A DNA stretch of 64,000 nt, taken from Candidatus Omnitrophota bacterium (GTDB lineage Bacteria > Omnitrophota > Gorgyraeia > Zapsychrales > JANLHA01). The position numbers and the translations under genes were made by a program. The notes below the pieces were generated by a model that made no database searches, was not told the origin of the DNA, and saw nothing but the letters and a program-made list of their open reading frames with translations. Positions 55,027 through 63,359 of this stretch are shown here, in pieces (position 1 is the first letter of the stretch; the number at the start of each line of letters is the position of its first letter). The stretch spans positions 70,361 to 134,360 of the forward strand of contig JAKLFA010000004.1 of NCBI GenBank assembly GCA_022711395.1, written 5' to 3'.

Positions 55027-55968
55027 TTATTTTTCCATTTCGATCCGCTTGATCCTCAAAAGAACATCTTCCAACAATCTGCGGTTGACGGAGATCAGAT
55101 CCGCCACCAGGCCGATTACCAGAAGCTGGATCCCGGCGATGACGCACACTGAGGCAAACAGCAATGACTGAATGTGTCCTCCTCCCTCTCCAGCCCAATA
55201 GAACAATAAAAACCGCCATCCAATCAAGCCTCCTACGCAAAGCGCGATCACGCCCAAATTCATGAACATCCTCATCGGATTGAACATCGCCCAAACACGG
55301 ACCATGGTCACGATGGAACGGCTGATATATTGCGGAATATTCTTGAAAAGTCTCGACGGACGGTGAACGGGATTGGTCTGAATGGTGATATTTTCAATGG
55401 CAAGGTTCTTATACGCCGCCTGAATAATGGACTCGATCGTGTATGTATAATTGGAAACAATGTTCAGCCGCAGGGCCGCCTCACGGTTATACGCCCTAAA
55501 GCCGGTCGTGGCATCCGGAACATCCGCCCCCGAAAGCTGACGGACCACCGCGCTCCCGATCCGCTGCAGCCTTTTTTTGATCCAGGAGAATTGTTTGACG
55601 TTCTCAATATCACGATTACCGATCACAACATCCGCCCGGCCTTCCACGATCGGCCGCACCAGCCGCGGAATATCCTCTCCCTTATACTGGCCATCCGCGT
55701 CCGTGTTAACAATAATATCCGCGCCTTTTTTTAAACAAGCATCCAGCCCAACCTGAAAGACCGTTGCCAGCCCTTTGGTCTTGGTCAGACGAACAATGTG
55801 GTGAACACCATGCTGCGCGGCCACCTCAGAAGTCCCGTCCGTACTGCCGTCATCGATCACAAGGACTTCGATCATATCAATTCCTGGAATTTGCTTGGGT
55901 AGGGCGGCCAGGGTATGCGGAAGGCTTTCCGCCTCGTTAAGGCATGGGATCTGAATGATCAGCTTCAT
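55027..55968 (-). CDS. GT2-family polyprenyl-phosphate glycosyltransferase (ArnC/GtrB/DPM1-like) with two C-terminal TM helices.
   Basis: The N-terminal GT-A region is MKLIIQIPCLNEAESLPHTL...VLVIDDGSTDGT...IVNTDADGQY (DxD). The C-terminal TM pair is typical of undecaprenyl-phosphate sugar synthases. Confidence 0.8.
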   Translation of the reverse strand: MKLIIQIPCLNEAESLPHTLAALPKQIPGIDMIEVLVIDDGSTDGTSEVAAQHGVHHIVRLTKTKGLATVFQVGLDACLKKGADIIVNTDADGQYKGEDIPRLVRPIVEGRADVVIGNRDIENVKQFSWIKKRLQRIGSAVVRQLSGADVPDATTGFRAYNREAALRLNIVSNYTYTIESIIQAAYKNLAIENITIQTNPVHRPSRLFKNIPQYISRSIVTMVRVWAMFNPMRMFMNLGVIALCVGGLIGWRFLLFYWAGEGGGHIQSLLFASVCVIAGIQLLVIGLVADLISVNRRLLEDVLLRIKRIEMEK

Positions 55969-56050
55969 AAATTCCCCTTTGAATTATATATATAAGTATA
56001 TTTATTTTAAGGATGTTTTGCAAATGCGACAAGACAAAAAAGAGATTTCC

Positions 56051-58066
56051 TTAAACGACAGGAAAGAGGGACGCCCAAAGGTTGGCAGCCTGGAAAACAA
56101 GGACACTCATGATCCAGGCTAATGCGAACATGTAAAAAGCCGCCAAATACGCCCATTTTGTTCCGATTTCCTTGCGAATGGTCGCAAGGGTTGGCAAACA
56201 AGGGATATATAAAGCCACCATCACCAAAAACGCGTAGGCTGAAGCCGGTGTAAAATGCTGGACCAAAACGGCCGGAAGCGCCCCCTCCTGCGCGCCATAG
56301 AGCGTTCCCAGGATCCCGACAACGGTTTCTTTGGCCATGACACCAAAAAACAGCGCAACCCCTGCTTGCCAGAAGCCGTAGCCGGCCGGCGTAAAAACCG
56401 GGGCCACGATCTTTCCGATACGCCCGATGATGCTCGCCTCTGAAGCGTATTCCACGCCCCAGGGCAGCGAAGCCAGGAACCAGGTCAGGACCACAAAGAT
56501 AAAAATGATCGTCCCTGCTTTTTTCACAAACATTAAGGCTTGGACCCACATGTGCATGAGAACATCTTTCAAAAGCGGCAACCGATACGGGGGCAATTCC
56601 ATGATCAAAGGCGCGGTCTCCCCTTTGAACAAAACCTGTCTGAGCAGCTTAGCCATAACGATCGCCATGACAATGCCTAAAAGATACAAAGAAAAAACGA
56701 CCAGGCCCTGATTCTCTTTGAAAAACGCGCCGGCAAACAGCGTGTAAACAGGAAGCCTCGCCGCGCAGCTCATCAAGGGCAAAACCATGATCGTCAAGAC
56801 CCTGTCTTTGCGGGATCCCAGGGTCCGTGCCGCCATGATACCCGGGATGCTGCAGCCGAAACCCAAAAGCATAGGAATAAATGATTTCCCATGAAGGCCC
56901 AGGGCATGCATAAAACGGTCCATGATAAAAGCAGCCCGCGCCAGATATCCCGTGTCCTGCAAAAATGAAATTCCCAGATAAAGGAGCATGATATATGGCA
57001 AGAACGCCACAACGCTGCCCACGCCGGAAAATATGCCGTCTGAGACCAGCGAGGCCAGCCACGCAGGCAGACCAAAAGACACGATCCCCGCCGCGACTTT
57101 TGAACCGAAAAAGGTAAAAACATTTTCAATGATCGAAACGAACGGTTCTCCCACCGTGAAAACGATCCAGAACAGCGCATACATCGCGGACAAAAAGATC
57201 GGCAGGCCGAAAATCCGGTGCGTCAGCACTTTATCGATACGGTCAGAAAACGTGATCAGATCTTCCAGCGTCAATGTCTTGGTGACGCACTCAGCGACCA
57301 ATCCCTTAATAAAGGCGTAGCGTTTTTCCAGGACCTGGGCTTTGATGTTCACCGTGACCGATCCTTTGATCCAGGCAACATCCTGAAGGACCTCCTCCCC
57401 GCGCGGAGCCTTGCGCACGAACTCCGTCGAAGTCGGTCCCTCTTCAAGAAGCTTAACGGCCAGCGCCCGGTCCAGAAAATTGGCTTGAATCTGGGCCTCT
57501 TGCAGCTTTCGCTCCAACTGGGATATGAACGGTTCAAGTTCACCATAATCAATGCGCAACGCCTTTGAAGACTGTTTCTGCGCCTCGAATAAAATGCTCT
57601 GCAGTTCGACGATGCCCTTGTTCTGAGAAGCGACCGCCTCAACTACCGGCACACCGAGAATTTTGCTTAAATCCGCAGAACAGATCTCAAACCCTCGTCG
57701 CTTAGCAAGATCCATTTTATTCAGGCAGATCACGACACGCTGCCCCATTTCCAAAAGCTGACAGGTCAAATACAGATTGCGTTCAAGGTTAGAGGAGTCC
57801 ACGACGCAGAGGACCGCATCCGGCCGCTCCTGCAGCAAAAATTCACTGGCCACCCGCTCATCCATGGAATAGGCGGTCAAGCTATAAATCCCGGGAAGGT
57901 CCACGATCCGAAAGTCCTCCCCGCCGATCCTGCAGGAGGATTCTTTCACTTCAACGGTCGTCCCCGGCCAGTTGCCGATCGTTTCACGGCTGTGGGCCAA
58001 CGCATTAAAAATTGTTGTCTTGCCGCTGTTCGGATTTCCAGCAAGGCATATGGTAGGTTTCATCAT
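56051..58066 (-). CDS. feoB: Ferrous iron transporter FeoB.
   Basis: The N-terminal G-domain is MMKPTICLAGNPNSGKTTIFNALA with a DLPGIYSL block. The polytopic C-terminal permease contains gate motifs. The protein is 671 aa. Confidence 0.9.
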   Translation of the reverse strand: MMKPTICLAGNPNSGKTTIFNALAHSRETIGNWPGTTVEVKESSCRIGGEDFRIVDLPGIYSLTAYSMDERVASEFLLQERPDAVLCVVDSSNLERNLYLTCQLLEMGQRVVICLNKMDLAKRRGFEICSADLSKILGVPVVEAVASQNKGIVELQSILFEAQKQSSKALRIDYGELEPFISQLERKLQEAQIQANFLDRALAVKLLEEGPTSTEFVRKAPRGEEVLQDVAWIKGSVTVNIKAQVLEKRYAFIKGLVAECVTKTLTLEDLITFSDRIDKVLTHRIFGLPIFLSAMYALFWIVFTVGEPFVSIIENVFTFFGSKVAAGIVSFGLPAWLASLVSDGIFSGVGSVVAFLPYIMLLYLGISFLQDTGYLARAAFIMDRFMHALGLHGKSFIPMLLGFGCSIPGIMAARTLGSRKDRVLTIMVLPLMSCAARLPVYTLFAGAFFKENQGLVVFSLYLLGIVMAIVMAKLLRQVLFKGETAPLIMELPPYRLPLLKDVLMHMWVQALMFVKKAGTIIFIFVVLTWFLASLPWGVEYASEASIIGRIGKIVAPVFTPAGYGFWQAGVALFFGVMAKETVVGILGTLYGAQEGALPAVLVQHFTPASAYAFLVMVALYIPCLPTLATIRKEIGTKWAYLAAFYMFALAWIMSVLVFQAANLWASLFPVV

Positions 58067-58075
58067 AAGGATTAT

Positions 58076-58351
58076 TTAAACGCGTTCACGCGCAGGTTTG
58101 GCAACTTTCACATCGTCACGTTTCACACCACTGAGAACTTCCACCCAGATCTTCTGGCTCATTCCCCGTCCCAGGGCCAGGCGCATCGCTTCCTTGGCAA
58201 CAATGATCGGCCCCTTCGTATTCTGTATCACTTTTAAGACCTCTCCCTCCCGGATCCCCATGTGCTGCAATTGGCCTTCCAGCGTCTTTCCGGCGTCGAT
58301 CTTGAGAATTCGGACCGTTTCACCAACCTGGATTTTATGGAGAAGAACCAT
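58076..58351 (-). CDS. feoA: Ferrous iron transport protein FeoA.
   Basis: A 91-aa SH3-like protein (GETVRILKIDAGKTLEGQLQHMGIREGEVLKVIQN) immediately upstream of feoB. Confidence 0.8.
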   Translation of the reverse strand: MVLLHKIQVGETVRILKIDAGKTLEGQLQHMGIREGEVLKVIQNTKGPIIVAKEAMRLALGRGMSQKIWVEVLSGVKRDDVKVAKPARERV

Positions 58352-58355
58352 GATG

Positions 58356-58781
58356 TTATCCCTTAAGACCGTTTAAAAAATCAGGGTCATGCTTTTTATA
58401 GTCCTCAAGGAGCTTGACCAGCTTATGCAGCTTGCGGACCGTTGCCCGCCCCAAAAGATGCTCCGTCCGGCAGGCATCCTCTTCAGCCTGCTTTTCCTCC
58501 ACCCCCAGGACTTCATGAAAAAATTTGGTCAGCATACAATGGCGGTCATAGACTTCCCTGGCTATCTTAAGCCCCTCTTCGGTCAAATGGACGCCCTGAT
58601 ACTTTTCCTGAGAGACCAGGCCCCGTGTTTTCAAATGTGTTAACGCTTCCGTGACCGAAGGGGCCTTCACTCCCAGATCCTCTGCCAGGTCCTTCACGCG
58701 CACCCCCTCGCCCTCTTTTTGGAGCATATAAATACGCTCCAAATAATCCTCAAGAGCCGCCGAAACCTCATCGAATACCAT
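58356..58781 (-). CDS. DtxR/MntR-family metal-dependent transcriptional repressor.
   Basis: The N-terminal HTH is EDYLERIYMLQKEGEGVRVKDLAEDLGVKAPSVTEALTHLKTRGLV. The metal-site and dimerisation region is LTEEGLKIAREVYDRHCMLTKFFHEVLGV. It heads the feoA-feoB operon. Confidence 0.85.
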   Translation of the reverse strand: MVFDEVSAALEDYLERIYMLQKEGEGVRVKDLAEDLGVKAPSVTEALTHLKTRGLVSQEKYQGVHLTEEGLKIAREVYDRHCMLTKFFHEVLGVEEKQAEEDACRTEHLLGRATVRKLHKLVKLLEDYKKHDPDFLNGLKG

Positions 58782-58812
58782 TTTGCCCCCCTTGGTGGTC
58801 CAATTATATTAT

Positions 58813-58826
58813 TAGGGCTACCTAAT
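58813..58826. promoter_or_regulatory. Imperfect palindrome TTAGGgctaCCTAA resembling a DtxR/IdeR iron box; candidate operator for the dtxR-feoAB operon.
   Basis: The TTAGG/CCTAA arms, read from the sequence, match the ends of the 19-bp DtxR consensus TTAGGTTAGCCTAACCTAA (from memory). The site lies 32-45 bp upstream of the dtxR start. Confidence 0.35.
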
Positions 58827-58850
58827 CTTGTCAACTAAAACTCTTAAACA

Positions 58851-58882
58851 AAAAAACGGCAGTTTCCTGCCGTTTTTAAAAA
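58851..58882 (-). terminator. Rho-independent terminator downstream of the PhoU-fragment ORF and upstream of the dtxR promoter.
   Basis: AAAAAAACGGCAG-tttc-CTGCCGTTTTTAAAA: a 7-bp stem and 4-nt loop, with a U-run on the minus-strand transcript. Confidence 0.55.
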
Positions 58883-58903
58883 CCATCCCCTCATGAACAT
58901 TTT

Positions 58904-59095
58904 TCAATTATTGTTTTCCAAACGCTCCCGATGATGCCGAACCACTTTAGCCTCGACCATATAGATCACATCCTCAGCGATCGCTGACGCATTATCACAG
59001 ATCCTCTCCAGATCCCGCGCGGCCAAGATCAAAGGAACCGCCCGCGGGGCCACAGAACCGTCTTTCACTATTTGTGAATCTTCTACGCGCGGCAA
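58904..59095 (-). pseudogene. PhoU-domain remnant: a single C-terminal PhoU repeat, 63 aa. Either a truncated phoU relic or a mini PhoU-like protein.
   Basis: AARDLERICDNASAIAEDVIYMVEAKVVRH matches the conserved PhoU repeat motif (R.LERIGDHATNIAEDVIY). Full PhoU proteins are about 210-230 aa with two such repeats. The ORF is followed by a terminator. Confidence 0.4.
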
Positions 59096-59110
59096 CCACC
59101 GCGCCTGGCA

Positions 59111-59668
59111 TTAAAAGAAACCCTTGATCTTAAGTTCGCTCTTAAAATCATAAAATTTCTGCAGATACGCACTATGATATTCCGGCTTTGCCAAATACTG
59201 CAGCTTCGTCAAACGGTTGAATTCATCGATAATATAGATCGTTAGGATCACATAGGTCGGATCCTTGGTCTCAAAAAGCGTATATTTTCCGTTAACGCCT
59301 TCCGCGATACCTATGTCACCGCTGTCGATCAGCTTGCCCGGCGTATTGGCGAGCTCATCAAGGACCTCCGGGAAGAAATCCTCTTCAAAAAGCGCCCCTT
59401 TTGATTTATACCCATAGATCGAAAAGATCGCTTGAGGAGCGCCGGTATATTCCTCTTTCTCAGGGCTGAGGAACATGACCTCCTCCCCCTTTTCCTTCTT
59501 TTCCCACCCTTCAGGCACCTTAATCTTATAATACGGTCCGCTATAGACGCTCGGGTTATAAAAATGAGCGAACAGAACGCGCGCGAAAAACAGGATCACA
59601 ATAATGATCAGAAGTTTTGTCGCCAAACCCATATCAAGAAAACCGGCTCTTTTGAATCGTCGCATCAT
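59111..59668 (-). CDS. Hypothetical membrane-anchored protein.
   Basis: 185 aa with an N-terminal TM segment (LLIIIVILFFARVLFAHF). I recognised no motifs. Confidence 0.4.
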   Translation of the reverse strand: MMRRFKRAGFLDMGLATKLLIIIVILFFARVLFAHFYNPSVYSGPYYKIKVPEGWEKKEKGEEVMFLSPEKEEYTGAPQAIFSIYGYKSKGALFEEDFFPEVLDELANTPGKLIDSGDIGIAEGVNGKYTLFETKDPTYVILTIYIIDEFNRLTKLQYLAKPEYHSAYLQKFYDFKSELKIKGFF

Positions 59669-59670
59669 CT

Positions 59671-60087
59671 TTACTCCACAGGTAAAAGTTTAACCCCTGT
59701 TTCCGGATCATATTCTAGGTCCGCACTGTAACGCTTTCCTGTCGCCGGAGAATATTTCACGCGGACCTGGTCCTTCTTAAAAGAGGTTGAAATAGCTTCG
59801 ATCGCGGACTTGGCTTCCGTATCATTCTGAAGGCGCTTGGCCGCCTCCCGCATTTCAGCCTCTGTCATCTCGCCACCGGTCCAGGCCCCAGCCACAGAGC
59901 CAAGCGCTGTCGCGGCATCATAAAGGTCCTCGTCCTTGCTCGTGTTAAGAAGATTCCCTCCTTCGACCGCCAAGGATGAAGGCCTGCGGGCCGAAGCGCA
60001 TCCAGCCCCTAAAAAAACAACCGCTATGATCAAAAACGTCCGGCAATTCATATCATGCTCAGTATAAAAGACATCCTTAAGAAACAA
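59671..60087 (-). CDS. Putative lipoprotein, unknown function.
   Basis: The lipobox is FLGAGCAS; the likely start is the internal Met (MNCRTFLIIAVVFLGAGC). The protein is small and acidic. Confidence 0.4.
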   Translation of the reverse strand: MFLKDVFYTEHDMNCRTFLIIAVVFLGAGCASARRPSSLAVEGGNLLNTSKDEDLYDAATALGSVAGAWTGGEMTEAEMREAAKRLQNDTEAKSAIEAISTSFKKDQVRVKYSPATGKRYSADLEYDPETGVKLLPVE

Positions 60088-60113
60088 AAGCTTTTTCCCG
60101 AAATATTCCCTGT

Positions 60114-61034
60114 TCAGCGGTTGGGACGATAAAGAACCGGATTTCCAGCGAACGAATATCCGCTTTCCGCCATCCGTCGCTCCGCGCGCTTCAGCTCATC
60201 AACAAATTTTTGTTTGCCGGTTTCCGCGCCAGGGACATCCAGATCTTTGGGTTTTAATCCACAAACCTTTCGATAGTGTTTATAATGTTTTTGCAAATTC
60301 CCCTGGATGCGTTTTAACGTTGTCGGTTGACGCAAGAACCGTAATGTCTTACTCCGCCATTCTTCAATATGCGTCTGATCGATCGACTTGGGAAGATCGG
60401 CGATATCCGTTCCCAATTGCCGGGCTGACGGCATATCGACCTCCTGACACAAAAATTTCAGCATGTGCCAAACATCATAAAGGTCTTTTTTTGTTTTGAT
60501 CTCTTTATGCTTCAACCAGACAAAGGCGTGCAGCCGCCGGCTCCAATCCCACCACTTCCACGGGCTTTGCATGTCCAAAGCGGGCACCAAAAAGAGATCC
60601 TCTTTTAACAGCAAAGAGCCGAACACCCCCGGCGGCTTGCCCAGTCTTCTCTCTTTTAGGGTCGTCCGGTAAACGCCGCACGTCGGGCTTCCTTCCATAA
60701 AAATGAACGCGTCCAGCTTGGAACGCTCCATGATGGACAGGGCCTCTTGGCAGGCCTCCTTCAGTTGAAAAGACACATCCATCCCTTTACGGTTCTTGAC
60801 TTTTGCCTTCCCCTGCCAAAAATCCTCGCCGTTGCCGCTGACCAGCCGCACCGGATCCCTTGGAACGCCTAAGCCAGCCATCACTTCGGGGCAGACCGGG
60901 ACCCATGTGTAATCATGTCCTTGCCGGCCCAGGTCAGAAACATAATCCCAACCCCGATAATTCCAGCGGGTCTTCGCGCCAAACGTGCAGGCGCTGATGC
61001 CGATCCGTATTTTTTCCTTAAGAATGAATTCCAT
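60114..61034 (-). CDS. DUF523 (TudS-like Fe-S) / DUF1722 fusion protein.
   Basis: The N-terminus is IGISACTFGAKTRWNYRG...VPVCPEVMAGLGVPRDP...GSPTCG (the DUF523 Cys ligands). A YbgA-like helical DUF1722 tail follows. Confidence 0.65.
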   Translation of the reverse strand: MEFILKEKIRIGISACTFGAKTRWNYRGWDYVSDLGRQGHDYTWVPVCPEVMAGLGVPRDPVRLVSGNGEDFWQGKAKVKNRKGMDVSFQLKEACQEALSIMERSKLDAFIFMEGSPTCGVYRTTLKERRLGKPPGVFGSLLLKEDLFLVPALDMQSPWKWWDWSRRLHAFVWLKHKEIKTKKDLYDVWHMLKFLCQEVDMPSARQLGTDIADLPKSIDQTHIEEWRSKTLRFLRQPTTLKRIQGNLQKHYKHYRKVCGLKPKDLDVPGAETGKQKFVDELKRAERRMAESGYSFAGNPVLYRPNR

Positions 61035-61070
61035 GCTCGCCTTTTCCGGATTTGTATTTTAAAACGACCG

Positions 61071-61298
61071 TTAAAGTTCCAATTTTTTAGACGGCTTGTC
61101 CTTGTCAATGCCTTTCAGGCGCCAGACGACCGGATTAGGATTGCTGATCATGCGTATGACCGGGGCATCCGGCGGGGTCTGCCCGCTTTCGATCCGCGCG
61201 CGCTGACAGACCTCTCCCCACGTCTTCAACTTCTCCGAGACCCGGTGTTCAACCTCCACCGTTCTTCCGTTGTGCTCGCAAAGATACTGATAGAACAT
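61071..61298 (-). CDS. Small FmdB-like zinc-ribbon-family protein (degenerate).
   Basis: 75 aa. The N-terminus MFYQYLCEHNGRTVEVEH resembles the FmdB YEYxCxxCGxxFE start, but only one Cys pair is evident. Confidence 0.3.
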   Translation of the reverse strand: MFYQYLCEHNGRTVEVEHRVSEKLKTWGEVCQRARIESGQTPPDAPVIRMISNPNPVVWRLKGIDKDKPSKKLEL

Positions 61299-61313
61299 AT
61301 CCGGTGTTTCCTG

Positions 61314-62183
61314 TCACACTTCTAAATTCAACCACTGCTTAGCGGCCAATCCGACAAAAAAGTTCAGCGTGGCCACCCCCAGGCTGATGACGAGCATTTC
61401 CATAAAATGCTTGCGAAAATTCAGGTCCTTGGCAACAGAGATGTAGTAATTAAAAACCGCGATGACGCTGATCGCGGCGACCAAGGCCCATGCCAGGCAA
61501 ATGAACGGATTACTCAGAACAAAATACGGTGAGATCAAAAGGACCACCACCCCCACATACGCGATCCCTGTATAAATGCAGGCCTTTAAAGGATGCCGGC
61601 CTTCCGCTTCTTCTTTGGTCGACAAATATTCAGAGGCCGCCATCGAAAGCGATGCGGCCACCCCAATGATCAATCCCGAGGCCGCGATCAACTTTGTGTT
61701 CTGAAGCGCAAGCGTGAAACCCGCCAAAGCGCCGGTCAATTCCACAAGCGCGTCGTTCAACCCCAGGACAACAGAGCCCATATACTGCATGCGTTCCTCA
61801 TCGATCATGTTCAAAAGCTCCTGCTCATGCTTTTCCTCATCCTCGATGATGGTCTGCACATGTGGGTCGATCGCTTTCAAGGCCTGATATTGTTCCTGGG
61901 CCAGGTCCTCATCCTTCTCAAGCAGCTTGAGCGCAAAGCTCAAGCCGAACAAACGGCTCATCAAAACAAAAATAAAGACCTTAACATAGTTCGGGCTTAT
62001 GTCCTGGCCCGAAAGCTTCTGGTAAAAATGATAATGCGCCAATTCATCCTCGGCGATCTGTTTTAAAATACCGCCGTTCTTTTCGTCCGGAACTGTCTGC
62101 GCCAGCTTCCGGTAGATCACATGTTCGGTGATCTCCGCTTTTTGCGCCTCGACAACCGCCTGTTTTAATTTCGGATCGAGCAT
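61314..62183 (-). CDS. VIT1/CCC1-family iron/manganese transporter with an N-terminal ferritin-like domain.
   Basis: The N-terminal four-helix region has E..H motifs (EHVIYRKLAQ...DELAHYHFY). The C-terminal half has 5 TM helices (VVLGLNDALVELTGALAGF...). The protein is 289 aa. Confidence 0.65.
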   Translation of the reverse strand: MLDPKLKQAVVEAQKAEITEHVIYRKLAQTVPDEKNGGILKQIAEDELAHYHFYQKLSGQDISPNYVKVFIFVLMSRLFGLSFALKLLEKDEDLAQEQYQALKAIDPHVQTIIEDEEKHEQELLNMIDEERMQYMGSVVLGLNDALVELTGALAGFTLALQNTKLIAASGLIIGVAASLSMAASEYLSTKEEAEGRHPLKACIYTGIAYVGVVVLLISPYFVLSNPFICLAWALVAAISVIAVFNYYISVAKDLNFRKHFMEMLVISLGVATLNFFVGLAAKQWLNLEV

Positions 62184-62202
62184 AAGCCCTCTTTCTTTGT
62201 GT

Positions 62203-63348
62203 TCAATTCTGATGGTCTAACGCCTGTCCAAGGTCAGCGATCAGGTCTTCCGCATCCTCCAACCCCACCGAGACCCGGATGGTTTCCGGCGTGATCCCCG
62301 AGGATTTCAAACCTTCCTCTCCCATGGAGGCGTGGCTCATGCTCCAGGGATGCTCGATCAAAGACTCCACGCCGCCCAGTGATTCAGCAAGCAGAAAATA
62401 TTGAAGTTTCGAAAAAAACCGGTCCAGATCGACCTTGGAACGGTCCAGTTCGAAGGCAAGCATGCCGCCGGACCCTTTCATCTGTTTTTGGATGACATCC
62501 TGGCACGGATGCGTTTTCAGCCCCGGATAATACACCTTCTTCACCGAGGGATGCTGATCCAAAAATTCCGCGATCCTGCGGGCATTGGCCTCGTGGGCTT
62601 CCATGCGCTGGCCCAGCGTCTTGATCCCGCGCAGCACGAGCCAGGAGTCGAACGGCGACTGGCTTAAACCCAAAGCGTTCACGATCGCCTTTCCTTTTTC
62701 CGCCAATTCCTTTCGCCCGTAAACAACGGCCCCTCCCACCACATCGCTATGCCCGTTCAGATATTTGGTGGTCGAGTGGACGACCATGTCCACGCCGAGT
62801 TCCAGCGGATTCTGCAAATAAGGCGACAGAAACGTGTTATCCGCGACCGTTAAAATGTTTTTTCCCTTCGCCAGTTCCGTGATCCGGGCGATATCCGTGA
62901 TATTCAAAAGAGGATTGGAAGGCGTTTCGATCCAGATCATGCGTGTTTGCGTCCGTATCGCTTTCTGAACAGCGGAGACGTCCCTCATCGGAACAAAGGA
63001 AAAATCCATCCCCATCGCGCGCAGGGCCTGATTGAACAGTCTATAAGTTCCGCCGTAAATATCATCACCCGTGATGACATGGTCCCCGGGCCTTAAAAAG
63101 AACATGACCGCCGTAATGGCCGCCATCCCCGTGGCGGTGGCGGATGCCGCGACCCCGCCTTCCAACGCGGCAAGGTTCTCTTCCAGCGCGCTGCGGGTCG
63201 GATTGCCGCTGCGGGTATAATCGTAGCCGCGGGTCTTCCCCAGGGCGTCAAAATAAAAATTCGAGGTCGGATAGATCGGCGTCGTGACCGAATTATAACT
63301 GGTGTCTTTATAGACCCCGGTATGGATGGAGCGTGTTTTTTTCTTCAT
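62203..63348 (-). CDS. Cys/Met-metabolism PLP-dependent enzyme (cystathionine beta-lyase / gamma-synthase family).
   Basis: The N-terminal block is TTPIYPTSNFYFD. The PLP Lys lies in VHSTTKYLNGHSDVVGG. The protein is 381 aa. Confidence 0.85.
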   Translation of the reverse strand: MKKKTRSIHTGVYKDTSYNSVTTPIYPTSNFYFDALGKTRGYDYTRSGNPTRSALEENLAALEGGVAASATATGMAAITAVMFFLRPGDHVITGDDIYGGTYRLFNQALRAMGMDFSFVPMRDVSAVQKAIRTQTRMIWIETPSNPLLNITDIARITELAKGKNILTVADNTFLSPYLQNPLELGVDMVVHSTTKYLNGHSDVVGGAVVYGRKELAEKGKAIVNALGLSQSPFDSWLVLRGIKTLGQRMEAHEANARRIAEFLDQHPSVKKVYYPGLKTHPCQDVIQKQMKGSGGMLAFELDRSKVDLDRFFSKLQYFLLAESLGGVESLIEHPWSMSHASMGEEGLKSSGITPETIRVSVGLEDAEDLIADLGQALDHQN

Positions 63349-63359
63349 GAGAATTTCCT

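Noticed and set aside
56007-56549. 180-aa ORF overlapping the 3' end of feoB.
   Set aside because: It is an out-of-frame shadow of the well-supported feoB gene; its sequence is Arg/Gly-rich and looks like junk.
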